DNA of 24,057 nucleotides from a virus. Taxonomy: Duplodnaviria > Caudoviricetes. The stretch lies in the IMG/VR virus record IMGVR_UViG_3300017560_000033, positions 1-24,057 of that record. One strand, given 5' to 3'. Both the position numbers and the translations under genes were made by a program. How positions within the stretch are numbered: position 1 is the stretch's first letter; each line of letters opens with the position of its first letter. The notes under the pieces were generated by a model, which saw nothing but the letters and a program-made list of their open reading frames with translations, did no database searches and was not told where the DNA came from. This document shows positions 7,926 to 16,761 of the stretch, piece by piece.

Positions 7926-8259
7926 GTACGTCTATTCCCCCAATGGCCTCGTCAACCAGGATACTGGCGAGGTCGAGCCTTTCACCCGCAGTGACCGTGT
8001 ATTCCTCCCCCAAATCATGCGTGGGGACGATCAAGAGCCTTTGGTTTCAATGGCCGATGGCAAGGTCTACACCTCCAAGTCTCGTATGCGCGAGAGCTAC
8101 AAGGCCAGCGGAAACCCTCAGGGTGTCGAGTATATCGAGATCGGCACGGATCAGAGCATGAAGAAGAAAAAGCCACGTCAGAAATCCGACCCAGACGCCA
8201 TCAAGGCCAGCGTAGAACGCGCTGTGGCTGACATGGAAAACGGTCGCTTTAGCAACTAA
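7918..8259 (+). CDS. conserved hypothetical head-module protein
   Basis: TTG start overlapping the upstream gene; motif SMADGKVYTSKS.MR.SYK..GNP.G..Y.E.G.D, recalled from small genes between portal and scaffold in similar podoviruses. Confidence 0.75.
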   Translation: MVKYVYSPNGLVNQDTGEVEPFTRSDRVFLPQIMRGDDQEPLVSMADGKVYTSKSRMRESYKASGNPQGVEYIEIGTDQSMKKKKPRQKSDPDAIKASVERAVADMENGRFSN

Positions 8260-8293
8260 CCTCAACCATCCTCCTCAGACAAGGATAACGTAA

Positions 8294-9490
8294 ATGACCG
8301 TAGAACTCCCCGATCTGGCGCCCTCTGCCAACGAGCAGCCCTCCACTGTACTGACTGAACAGGTCGATACGAAGAAGCCAGCAGAGATGAAGCTGGAGGA
8401 GCAGGAAACTCCAGAGCCCGAAAAGCCCATGTCCGTAGACGAGGCGGTCCGTAAGGCTGCATCTGACGTTGCGGAGAAGGCTGAGAAGGAAAAGGCCGAG
8501 GCCGAAAAGCCCAAGGTAGAGCCAAAGGCTGAAAAGCCTGCTCCCGAACGCGGCGAGAACGGAAAATTCAAACCAAAGGAACAACCTGCCGAAACGCAGG
8601 AAGTGCAATCGTCTGAAGCGGATGCCGACGACGATGGAGAAGGTGAGCAGGAAGGCGAAGCAACCCGCTCGTCTGAGGGGCGCGATATTGATAAGCCCCC
8701 TGCTCGCTTCCTTCCCCGCGCTAAAGAGAAGTGGGGCGAGGTAGACCCTGATGTCCGTGGTGAGGTTCACCGTGCCCTTTCTGAGATGCAGAAGGGTATG
8801 GAGGAATACAAGGAAAGCCACGACTTCCGCAAAGAGCTGCGCCCGTATGAGGAGCTTGCCAAGGCGAGCGGCACGACTGTCACTCGGGCTCTTGAGAACT
8901 ATACGGCTATTGATCGACTGCTTCGGGAAAACCCCACGGCTGGCGTCGAGAAGGTTCTCCAGTCCATTGGCGTTACTCCCCAGCAGTATGCCCAGCACGT
9001 TCTAGGGCAGGCTCAGCAGCAGGCCCAAAACCCTGCCATGGCGCAGACCCAGCAGCTTCAGGGGCAGATCCAGCAGCTTCAGCAGCAGATCATGCAGCTT
9101 ACGCAGGGGACTGAACAGGATAAGGCTGCGGCTCGTATTGCGGAGGTGGAACGATCGGTCATTGCTCCGTTTCGTGAACAGCACGAGCGGTACGATGAAC
9201 TAGAGTCCGATATTGTCTTTTTCCTGAACAGTGGTAAGATACCGTCCAACATTCCGGAACGGCAACGTCTGGAATATGCTTACGACATGGCCGAGCGGAT
9301 CAACCCCGCACCAGTCTACGGCAAAGCAGAGCCGGTCATCCCGGCGAACCAAGTGCATAAGCCGCTCAACCCGGCTGGCAGAAAATCCGTAAAAGGCGCG
9401 CCGTCCGCTGGCACAACTCTCAAGCGGAACAGCGCAGTAATGTCAATCGAGGACTCCATCAAAGCGGCTATGGCCGAACGTGGAGCCTAA
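8294..9490 (+). CDS. putative scaffolding protein
   Basis: AAGGA RBS; acidic/Lys/Pro-rich disordered N-terminus with RGENGKF motif, helical Q-rich middle, LEYAYDMAERINP near the C-terminus; directly precedes the capsid gene. Confidence 0.7.
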   Translation: MTVELPDLAPSANEQPSTVLTEQVDTKKPAEMKLEEQETPEPEKPMSVDEAVRKAASDVAEKAEKEKAEAEKPKVEPKAEKPAPERGENGKFKPKEQPAETQEVQSSEADADDDGEGEQEGEATRSSEGRDIDKPPARFLPRAKEKWGEVDPDVRGEVHRALSEMQKGMEEYKESHDFRKELRPYEELAKASGTTVTRALENYTAIDRLLRENPTAGVEKVLQSIGVTPQQYAQHVLGQAQQQAQNPAMAQTQQLQGQIQQLQQQIMQLTQGTEQDKAAARIAEVERSVIAPFREQHERYDELESDIVFFLNSGKIPSNIPERQRLEYAYDMAERINPAPVYGKAEPVIPANQVHKPLNPAGRKSVKGAPSAGTTLKRNSAVMSIEDSIKAAMAERGA

Positions 9491-9505
9491 TCCAAGGGAA
9501 CGAAC

Positions 9506-10513
9506 ATGGCAGTCGTAACAGACCGTGCCTATCGCCAGACCCTCTCTGCCGCACTTGCCTACCGTAAGCCTGGCATTGAAGATCTGGTTTCCAACTCCAA
9601 CGTCATCTGGAACACTATTCGCCGTAATGGCAACTATCGTTCTTTCGATGGCCCGGAAATCCGTCACCACCTCCAGATCGATAAGCAGTCTGCCCAGTGG
9701 TATACTGGCTATGACAAGCTGAAGAATCCGCCCGTTGAACTGTTCAACGACGCGGTATTCATGCCTTCGACCGTGGCTGTTCCGATCAGCTTCTCCGGTA
9801 CTGAGCTTCGCGCCAACACCGGAACGCGCCTCATCCCGCTTATGTCGTCCTATATCGACGCTGCGGAAAACTCCATGCGAGACGAACTCGAAATCGCAAT
9901 GGTGGGTGATGGCACTGGTCAGAATGGCCGCTCGCTCGTCGGCCTCGGTGCTGCTGTCCCTATCGTGACCAATACCGGCACGTATGGTGGCATTAGCCGC
10001 ACCTATCCAATCTGGCAGACCTCTACCTACGACGCCAACTCGGCATTCCCCGACATTGGTACTCAGGTCGATTCCACCACAATCCGCCCGATGCTGAGCC
10101 GCATCCTTGCCCAGCGCTCGCGTGGCACTCGTGCCGCCGATCTGCTGATCATGTCGCAGGAACACTTCGAAGCCCTTGAGCAGTCGATGGTTGCTCACCA
10201 GCGCATTGTGAACCAGACCCGCCTCGGCGAGCTTGGCTTCTCCGCTCTGGAATTCCTCGGATCTGGCAAGCGCGCTGAAGCAGTTCTGGCCTCCGGCCTG
10301 AATTCGTCCATGCCTGCAAATACCACGTATGGCCTCGAAAGCCGCTCGCTGTACCTCTACTACCGCGAGTCGCTGAACTTCGACATGCTGTTCGATGGTG
10401 ATGGTGCAATGCCGATCAACCAGGACGCCATTGCGCAGTATCTGGCTTGGGAAGGCCAGTTCGTCGTGGGCAACCCGCTGTTCAGCTGGCGCCTGTACGA
10501 TAGCGCACCATAA
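9506..10513 (+). CDS. major capsid protein (podovirus-type)
   Basis: 335 aa with strongly biased codons; motifs WYTGYDKL, VPISFSGTELRANTG, AENSMRD.LE..MVGDGTG, GTYGGISR, PINQDA...L.W.G match a podoviral capsid family from recall. Confidence 0.9.
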   Translation: MAVVTDRAYRQTLSAALAYRKPGIEDLVSNSNVIWNTIRRNGNYRSFDGPEIRHHLQIDKQSAQWYTGYDKLKNPPVELFNDAVFMPSTVAVPISFSGTELRANTGTRLIPLMSSYIDAAENSMRDELEIAMVGDGTGQNGRSLVGLGAAVPIVTNTGTYGGISRTYPIWQTSTYDANSAFPDIGTQVDSTTIRPMLSRILAQRSRGTRAADLLIMSQEHFEALEQSMVAHQRIVNQTRLGELGFSALEFLGSGKRAEAVLASGLNSSMPANTTYGLESRSLYLYYRESLNFDMLFDGDGAMPINQDAIAQYLAWEGQFVVGNPLFSWRLYDSAP

Positions 10514-10525
10514 GGAGATAACATC

Positions 10526-10837
10526 ATGGCATTTCGCACGACTCCAAATCTTGGCCCTGATATCGAGCAGTTTGCTACGCAGTGGTGGTATGACCCTGAT
10601 GGGCTTGTATCTCCTCTGCCGGGCAATCCTGAACTCGGTTCGGATGGTCACTACTATGTTCTCTGCAAGGCTGGCGCGGCTCTTCCTACCGCTGGCACCG
10701 CAATCACTATCAACCAGACGACTTGGGTCGCGACGGCAGGTGCAGGTGGTTACGTCACCCCTGTAGCAGCTATCCCGATCAACGCTTGGTTCTACGGTCG
10801 ATCCAAGGCCCTTCCGGGCGGCGCAACGGCCAACTAA
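10526..10837 (+). CDS. putative capsid decoration/cement protein
   Basis: TAAGGAG RBS; 103-aa A/G/T-rich beta protein (GSDGHYYV, WFYG) directly after the capsid gene. Confidence 0.7.
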   Translation: MAFRTTPNLGPDIEQFATQWWYDPDGLVSPLPGNPELGSDGHYYVLCKAGAALPTAGTAITINQTTWVATAGAGGYVTPVAAIPINAWFYGRSKALPGGATAN

Positions 10838-10844
10838 GACCACG

Positions 10845-10866
10845 GCCCTCGCCTCACGGCGGGGGC
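10845..10866 (+). terminator. GC hairpin after the capsid/decoration genes (weak terminator or mRNA-stabilising stem)
   Basis: GCCCTCGCC-tcac-GGCGGGGGC with no real U-tract. Arms resemble the 782-816 terminator. Confidence 0.5.
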
Positions 10867-10894
10867 AACTTCCCTCTCAGACAGGAAACACAAA

Positions 10895-11545
10895 ATGGCA
10901 GATGGTAACGTAGTCGTTCCATTCTTCTACACTCAGGCAGTCGAAAACCCGGTGGAGACAAAGAAGCAGGGACGCCCTATTTTCGAGGATAAAGAATTCG
11001 TTGAATACCGCTTTGCCGGTAATCGATATCTGAACCTTCACTTCCCCGCCCATGAAATGCACGAACGTATCAATGGCGAGGATATCACCCATGCCATGCG
11101 CTGGCCTGACCAGTATGCGGAATTCAAGCGCAGCGGCGGTGCAAACATTGTCAGCGGCACTCCGCTTGAGGAACTGACATTCCTGACCAAGGCTGAATGC
11201 TCCGAACTGAAGGCGCTCAAGATCTACACGGCGGAAGCTCTGGCTGAGATCGATGGCCCGACCATCAAGAGCCTCGCTGGCAAGGGCTATAAGTACAAGG
11301 AACAGGCTCAGGCCTATCTTGCCAAGTCTAGCCAGAACGCTGGTCTCACCCAGATGATGGCTGAGATGGATGCAATGCGCGCCAAGATCGCAAGCTTGGA
11401 AGGTGCAGAGGCCGAAGAGAAGCCTCTCGACAAGGCAGCACTCAAGGACCGCATCGAGGAAATCACCGGAACGCGCCCACAGGGCAATCCAAGCATTGAA
11501 ACGCTGACCCAGATGCTTTCGGAACTTGAATCTCAGGCCGCTTAA
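10895..11545 (+). CDS. conserved hypothetical protein (head-tail region)
   Basis: AGGA RBS; 216 aa; GRPIFEDKEFVE, GTPLEEL.FL and LKALKIYTAEALA (HhH-like) motifs, plus a small C-terminal helical domain. Confidence 0.75.
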   Translation: MADGNVVVPFFYTQAVENPVETKKQGRPIFEDKEFVEYRFAGNRYLNLHFPAHEMHERINGEDITHAMRWPDQYAEFKRSGGANIVSGTPLEELTFLTKAECSELKALKIYTAEALAEIDGPTIKSLAGKGYKYKEQAQAYLAKSSQNAGLTQMMAEMDAMRAKIASLEGAEAEEKPLDKAALKDRIEEITGTRPQGNPSIETLTQMLSELESQAA

Positions 11546-11554
11546 GGAAGATGA

Positions 11555-12241
11555 ATGACCATCCTATCCATTGTACAGAAGGTCGTACTCTCCCTCGATC
11601 TGGAGCAGCCTACGGTTCTCTTTTCGAGCACGGAGCGTACATGGGTGGAGATGGCGAACATCGTCAACATCTGCGCTGCCCAGATTCTTGAAGCGTATGA
11701 TTGGCAGCGTCTGATCAAGACGGCAACGATTACGGGGGATGGCGTGGAAACCGCTTTCCCCCTTCCTGCTGATTATGACCGCATGGTTCGGGATGCCAAT
11801 CTGTGGTCTCCCGGCCTCACGTGGTATCCTTCTCAGCAGATGCAGGACTTCAATCAGTGGCTGGAGCTTCAGAGCTATGCCATTGAGACTTGGCAGCAGC
11901 GCTGGATGATTTTCGGCGGAAACCTGAATGTGGTGCCTCCGGTCGCTGACACGGAAACTCTCCGGTTTGGCTATATCTCGAATAACATCGTTAATGGCCC
12001 TGTGACCTCTCAGTTCACCACGGATACGGACAACTTCATTCTGGATGATGAGCTTCTTCGGCTGAGCATTGTTTGGAACTGGAAGAAGATCAAGGGTTAC
12101 GATTTCCAGGTTGAGCTGGCCGAATACGGGGAACGGCTCAACAGCCTTCAGTTCAGCGATGTTGGCGCGCGACAGCGCATTATCTCGGGTCGTGGCGCTT
12201 ATCGCAGTGGTCGCTTCCCAACTGGACAATCCTTCCCATGA
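11555..12241 (+). CDS. head-tail adaptor / tail tubular protein A-like
   Basis: MTILSIVQ..., YDWQRL, FPLPADYDRM and D..ILDDELL.L pattern; expected size and position. Confidence 0.7.
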   Translation: MTILSIVQKVVLSLDLEQPTVLFSSTERTWVEMANIVNICAAQILEAYDWQRLIKTATITGDGVETAFPLPADYDRMVRDANLWSPGLTWYPSQQMQDFNQWLELQSYAIETWQQRWMIFGGNLNVVPPVADTETLRFGYISNNIVNGPVTSQFTTDTDNFILDDELLRLSIVWNWKKIKGYDFQVELAEYGERLNSLQFSDVGARQRIISGRGAYRSGRFPTGQSFP

Positions 12242-14052
12242 CGCTCGTTACAGGCTTGCAGAAGACCGGACGCCAGCGGGTAACGCAGGATAAGTCTGTA
12301 CCGGCCCCTGTGGCGGGTTGGGTGACGGCACAGAACATCGCGGCGTCTCAGCAGGGGACTTGCCTAGTCCTCGATAACTGGTTCCCGACTACCACAGGGC
12401 TTCGGCTGCGCGGCGGCAACGTCAAGCGCGCCACCCTTGGTGACGATCCGGTTGAGAGCTTCATCGGTTACTTCGGAGCAGCCCTGCGTCGGTTTGCTGC
12501 CTCTGGTGGCAACATCTATGACTTCACGGCTATCATTGATCCAGATGTCCCTCCTGCGCCTATCGTGACCGGGCAAGGATCGAACTATTACGCTTACGTC
12601 AACTTCTCCACGACAGGTGGGGATTTTGTCTATGCGGTGAATGGAACGGACCCGGCGCTTCTGTTCGACGGGAATGCGTTCTACCAGATCACAGACAGCG
12701 ACATCCGAACGATCCAATATGATAATGGGACTGGTGATTTCTCGGTCGGCCTAACGGTCACTGGTGGCACATCGGCAGCGACCGGAACGGTTGTTCGGGT
12801 AGATGGCACGACAGCCTCCGGCACTCTCTATCTGAAGAATGTAACTGGTACGTTCCAGAACAATGAAGCGCTGACCGACGCCGATACAGGAGACGCTCAG
12901 GCGAACGGTGTAGATTCATTGTTCGTGTCTGGCATAACGGGTGCTGACACCAGCTCCTTCACTCATGTGAACGTCTATCGTAATCGCCTCTATTTCGTCA
13001 GCAATGTTGAAAACTCTATCTTCTACCTTCCGGTTGACTCCATTGGCGGTGCTGCAGGAGCGCTGAGCCTCGCCGGTATCTTCCGGAAAGGCGGGCGTCC
13101 ATACTTTACAGCCACGTGGTCATCTGAGTCCGGTTCTGCGTCTCTCGATGACTATCTGGTGGTGGTTTCTACTGAAGGGGAGGCGGCAATCTTCCAGGGC
13201 TCATTCCCCGGCGACCCGCAATGGACCCTTGTCGCTGTTGTGGAGATCTCGCGCCCCCTCGGTATCAATGGCTGGATGAAGGCTGGTGGCGATATCGTGG
13301 TAGCGACAGAGCGCGGTATGATCCCTATCTCGGCAGCTCGCGTCAAAGATCCTGCTGCACTTGCCCTCGATGCCGTGTCCCGACTGATTGAGCCAACGTG
13401 GCGGGCCGAGGTGGCAGCGCGGCGGACGATCCCTTGGGAGGTTGCGAAGTGGGACGACAAGAGCGCATTCCTCGTCAATGCCCCTGTCACAACCGCGATC
13501 AACAACCGCATTACGCTGGTGGGCAATCTCCAGACAGGCGCATGGTGCCGCTATACCGGGTGGGACAATCGCTGCTTCCTCGTAAGCGATGGTCAGCTTT
13601 ATTTCGGATGCAATGACGGCACGATCCGGCAGGCAGAGATTTCTGGGTATGACGTAGACCAGCCCTATAACTGTCAGGTGGCTTTCGCTTGGGATCATAT
13701 GGGCAATCCGGCGTATCGGAAATCCATCAAGCAGGCCAAGGCCGAGTTCTTGACGGACATTCCGTTCAATATCCGTCTCAGCGCCTCTACTGACTATATG
13801 CAGGAGTTTCCTATCCCGCCCAACGTTATGCCATCCACGGAGACGCCCAGCCTCTGGGATGTGGGCCTCTGGGATGTGGCGCAGTGGGATGATGGCGCGG
13901 TTCCTGTTCGCAGGACTACACGCTGGAGATCTGTCAGCCGGACGGGTGAGATCTTCTCCTTTCAGGTGCAGGTTCCGATGGGTAATGACCGGGCGCCGAA
14001 TGCAGAGCTAACGATTGTTCATCTCATCTTCGAAGGCGGGGGTATTGGATGA
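12238..14052 (+). CDS. tail nozzle / DNA stabilisation protein (P22 gp10- or T7 gp12-like role)
   Basis: 604-aa beta-rich protein; PAPVAGW, LDNWFP, YRNRLYF, TGAWCRYTGW and WDVGLWDVAQWD motifs; ATGA coupling to the adaptor gene. Confidence 0.75.
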   Translation: MTLVTGLQKTGRQRVTQDKSVPAPVAGWVTAQNIAASQQGTCLVLDNWFPTTTGLRLRGGNVKRATLGDDPVESFIGYFGAALRRFAASGGNIYDFTAIIDPDVPPAPIVTGQGSNYYAYVNFSTTGGDFVYAVNGTDPALLFDGNAFYQITDSDIRTIQYDNGTGDFSVGLTVTGGTSAATGTVVRVDGTTASGTLYLKNVTGTFQNNEALTDADTGDAQANGVDSLFVSGITGADTSSFTHVNVYRNRLYFVSNVENSIFYLPVDSIGGAAGALSLAGIFRKGGRPYFTATWSSESGSASLDDYLVVVSTEGEAAIFQGSFPGDPQWTLVAVVEISRPLGINGWMKAGGDIVVATERGMIPISAARVKDPAALALDAVSRLIEPTWRAEVAARRTIPWEVAKWDDKSAFLVNAPVTTAINNRITLVGNLQTGAWCRYTGWDNRCFLVSDGQLYFGCNDGTIRQAEISGYDVDQPYNCQVAFAWDHMGNPAYRKSIKQAKAEFLTDIPFNIRLSASTDYMQEFPIPPNVMPSTETPSLWDVGLWDVAQWDDGAVPVRRTTRWRSVSRTGEIFSFQVQVPMGNDRAPNAELTIVHLIFEGGGIG

Positions 14053-14480
14053 TCGTATTCATTGCGCCTGACTATGTTCGGGATTGGGTTGCCAGTGAGC
14101 TAAACCAGATCGGATTTGCCGGGAACTTCATTACCGCTTTCGGGAATTTCGAGGGGAACAAGCTTCTCGGCGGCGTTGTCTTCCATAACTACTACCCAAA
14201 AGAGGGCGTTGTGGAGATGAGTGCCGCTGGGATCGATGCGCGATGGCTCTCCCGACAGATGATCCGCTCCATGTTCAACTACGCCTTTGGAGTGCTTGGA
14301 TGCCAAATGACAATCCTTCGTGTGTCGGAGCATAATTCGAGAATGCTGAACATTGCTGACCGATTCGACTTCAAAGGCTATCTAATCCCGCGTCTCCGTG
14401 GTAGAAACGAAGGCGAATGGGTTCTGACTTATACAGATGACCAGTGGCGCGACAGCCCGTTTAACAGGAGTCGTAAATGA
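14049..14480 (+). CDS. GNAT-fold acetyltransferase-like morphogenesis protein
   Basis: GGVVFHNY...VEMS.A....WLSR....MF.Y.F..LGC......V...N pattern; lies between nozzle and ejection genes, like P22 gp14 / T7 gp13. Confidence 0.75.
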   Translation: MIVFIAPDYVRDWVASELNQIGFAGNFITAFGNFEGNKLLGGVVFHNYYPKEGVVEMSAAGIDARWLSRQMIRSMFNYAFGVLGCQMTILRVSEHNSRMLNIADRFDFKGYLIPRLRGRNEGEWVLTYTDDQWRDSPFNRSRK

Positions 14481-14980
14481 TAAATGCGGAAGAGCTTCGG
14501 CGCATTGTCCATTACGACCCAGAGACGGGCATCATGACTCATCGAGTCAAGCTAGCTAACAGAACCAAGGTTGGCTCCGAAGTTGGCTGGCTTGATAAAT
14601 CTCCAAAATGCGGATACCGCCGAGTCACAATAAAAGGCGAAACGTATTTGGTTCACCGGTTGGCTTGGCTGTACGTCTACGGGGAGTGGCCAGACGAGCA
14701 GTTAGACCACATTAACCGGGTTAGAATAGATAACCGTATCTCCAATCTGCGTGATGTGACGAACCAAGAAAATCAGTTCAACACATCTAAAAACAGCAAC
14801 AAGTCTGTCCCATACGTTGGCGTGTACTACCACAAAGCTAACCGAAAATGGACTGCCGCTATTTCTTGGAAAAAAGATGGCAAGAAGCACCAGAAGTACC
14901 TTGGGTCATTTGAAACTCCCGAAATGGCGAGCGCCGCATACTTGCAAGCTAAATCAGTCCACCACGTGGTAGGGATCTAG
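14477..14980 (+). CDS. HNH homing endonuclease with C-terminal AP2 DNA-binding domain
   Basis: YDPETG, HRLAWLYVYGEWP...LDHINRVRIDNRISNLR, then GVYYHK...KW.A.I...YLGSF.T.E.A..AY. Confidence 0.93.
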   Translation: MINAEELRRIVHYDPETGIMTHRVKLANRTKVGSEVGWLDKSPKCGYRRVTIKGETYLVHRLAWLYVYGEWPDEQLDHINRVRIDNRISNLRDVTNQENQFNTSKNSNKSVPYVGVYYHKANRKWTAAISWKKDGKKHQKYLGSFETPEMASAAYLQAKSVHHVVGI

Positions 14981-14984
14981 ATCG

Positions 14985-16283
14985 ATGGGAAAAGCTCCTT
15001 CTCCACCAAATCCAGCCACTACAGCTGCCGCTCAAACTCAGAGCAATAGAGACACAGCAATTGTTCAGGCCGGACTTAACGCCACAAACCAGATCACTCC
15101 CTATGGCAATCTGACCTATGACCAGATTGGCACATGGGAAGATGGTACGCCTCGTTATCAGGCGACCCAGAGCCTTTCGGACGGCGCTCAGAGCCTTTTC
15201 AATACGGGCCAGCAGACACAGCAAAACCTCGCCAATCTAGCTCAACAGCAGTCGGGCCGTCTATCAGGCCTTCTGAACCAGAACCTCGACCTTTCGGGCC
15301 TGCCTAGTGGGGGGAGAGCGCCGGGCCTATCAACGATGGGCGGTGACACAAGCGGTATTGCGACGAGCTTCGGTCGGGCTGGCGATATTCAGTCTCAGCT
15401 AGGCGACCAGGATAGCTGGGGGCAGGTCCAGCGTGTCGAGGACGCATTGTTCTCTCGTCTTAACCCTCAGATCGACCGCCAGCGTCAGCAGATGGAGACG
15501 GACCTCGCTAATCGAGGCATCCGCCCCGGATCGACTGCGTATTCCCAGGCCATGGGCGACTTTAACCGTGATCTAAACGACCAGCGCACTTCTGTCCTTC
15601 TCAACGCAGGACAGGAGCAGAACCGTATGCAGCAGGTTGCTCTCAACTCTGGGAACTTCGCCAACAACGCTCAGGCGCAGAACTTCGCCCAGCAGGCGGC
15701 TCGGGGGCAGTTCCAGAACCAAGCGCAGAACCAGCTTTACACTCAGCAGATGGGTAACGCCGCATTCGGTAACGCTGCCTCACAGCAGAACTATCAGAAC
15801 CAGAACCTGGACCGGCAGAACGCGCTCAATGAGATGCTCCTACAGCGGCAATTGCCGTTGCAGGAGATACTGGCCGTATCGGGTCAAGGACAACTACAGC
15901 AGCCAAATTTTGTAAGCACCCCCCAAACAGGTGTTGCTGGAACAGATGTAGCCGGAATCACTAATTCGGCCTTCGGCCAGCAAATGCAGGCTTACAACTC
16001 TAACCAAGGGTTGATGGGTGGTCTTTTCTCGGCAGGCGCTTCTTTGATACCTTTGCTCTCGGATATTCGGGTTAAAACGAATATAGAGCGTGTTGGAACG
16101 CACCCGGTTGGGACAGGCATATACGAATACGATCGAATCGACACTGGCATGAGGGAGATCGGCGTAATTGCTCAAGAGCTACAGCGTATTAGGCCTGATA
16201 TGGTAGACAGCACTTACCCAGATGGGCTTCTTAGAGTACACTACTGGAAGCTCAATTCGGAGGCCACCCGTGATAACTCATAG
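14985..16283 (+). CDS. putative DNA ejection/internal virion protein with C-terminal Peptidase_S74 chaperone domain
   Basis: MGKAPSPP.P..TAAAQ...N, NQITPYG.LTY, LANRGI.PGS.AY, Q/N-rich helical body; C-terminal SDIRVKTNI...IYEY...GVIAQEL...PD.V....G.L.V.Y..L. Confidence 0.8.
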   Translation: MGKAPSPPNPATTAAAQTQSNRDTAIVQAGLNATNQITPYGNLTYDQIGTWEDGTPRYQATQSLSDGAQSLFNTGQQTQQNLANLAQQQSGRLSGLLNQNLDLSGLPSGGRAPGLSTMGGDTSGIATSFGRAGDIQSQLGDQDSWGQVQRVEDALFSRLNPQIDRQRQQMETDLANRGIRPGSTAYSQAMGDFNRDLNDQRTSVLLNAGQEQNRMQQVALNSGNFANNAQAQNFAQQAARGQFQNQAQNQLYTQQMGNAAFGNAASQQNYQNQNLDRQNALNEMLLQRQLPLQEILAVSGQGQLQQPNFVSTPQTGVAGTDVAGITNSAFGQQMQAYNSNQGLMGGLFSAGASLIPLLSDIRVKTNIERVGTHPVGTGIYEYDRIDTGMREIGVIAQELQRIRPDMVDSTYPDGLLRVHYWKLNSEATRDNS

Positions 16284-16761
16284 CCGACTTCTTGATCTTC
16301 TGCACTATGACCCGTCAACGGGGGTTTTTACGCGCAGAGTTCAGCGCCAGAAGTACAAAGCTGGAGAAGTGGCGGGCAAAATCAGGCCGGAAGATGGTTA
16401 CGTAATCATTGGCATTGATGGACGCTCGTATGTGGCTCACCGACTTGCGTGGCTTTATGTCTACGGTGAATGGCCCCCGAATAAATTAGATCACAAAAAT
16501 CTAATTAAGAGCGACAACAGAATTGAGAATTTGCGCCACGCTACTCAAGCTGAAAACACATGCAACGCAAAGAAGCGATCATCCAATAAGTCGGGTTGGA
16601 AAGGTGTGCATTGGAACAAAAAACTAAAAAAGTGGTCCGCTTCAATTAGCTTTAAAAATAAGCGGCTATATCTCGGTTCCTTTAATGATGTGAAGGAAGC
16701 AGCAGAGGCTTATATTTTCGCTGCTTTGGAAATCCACGGCGAATACGCGAGGTTTGAGTGA
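16270..16761 (+). CDS. second HNH-AP2 homing endonuclease
   Basis: GGAGG RBS then GTG at 16270; YDPSTG, AHRLAWLYVYGEWP..LDHKN...DNRIENLR, SGWKGVHW...KW.A.I....YLGSF...EAA.AY...HGEYA. Confidence 0.93.
   Translation: MITHSRLLDLLHYDPSTGVFTRRVQRQKYKAGEVAGKIRPEDGYVIIGIDGRSYVAHRLAWLYVYGEWPPNKLDHKNLIKSDNRIENLRHATQAENTCNAKKRSSNKSGWKGVHWNKKLKKWSASISFKNKRLYLGSFNDVKEAAEAYIFAALEIHGEYARFE

Noticed and set aside
8249-8998. 249-aa hydrophobic minus-strand ORF and similar antisense ORFs (e.g. 11564-12229, 3208-3720)
   Set aside because: Antisense shadows of Lys/Glu/Gln-rich plus-strand structural genes.
9005-9100. CAG-rich quasi-repeats in the scaffold gene (also in the portal around 3660-3730)
   Set aside because: Explained by Gln-rich coiled-coil coding; not a separate element.
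9443-10843. 466-aa minus-strand ORF antisense to the capsid and decoration genes
   Set aside because: Shadow ORF expected from strong codon bias in a GC-rich gene; no recognisable motifs or RBS.
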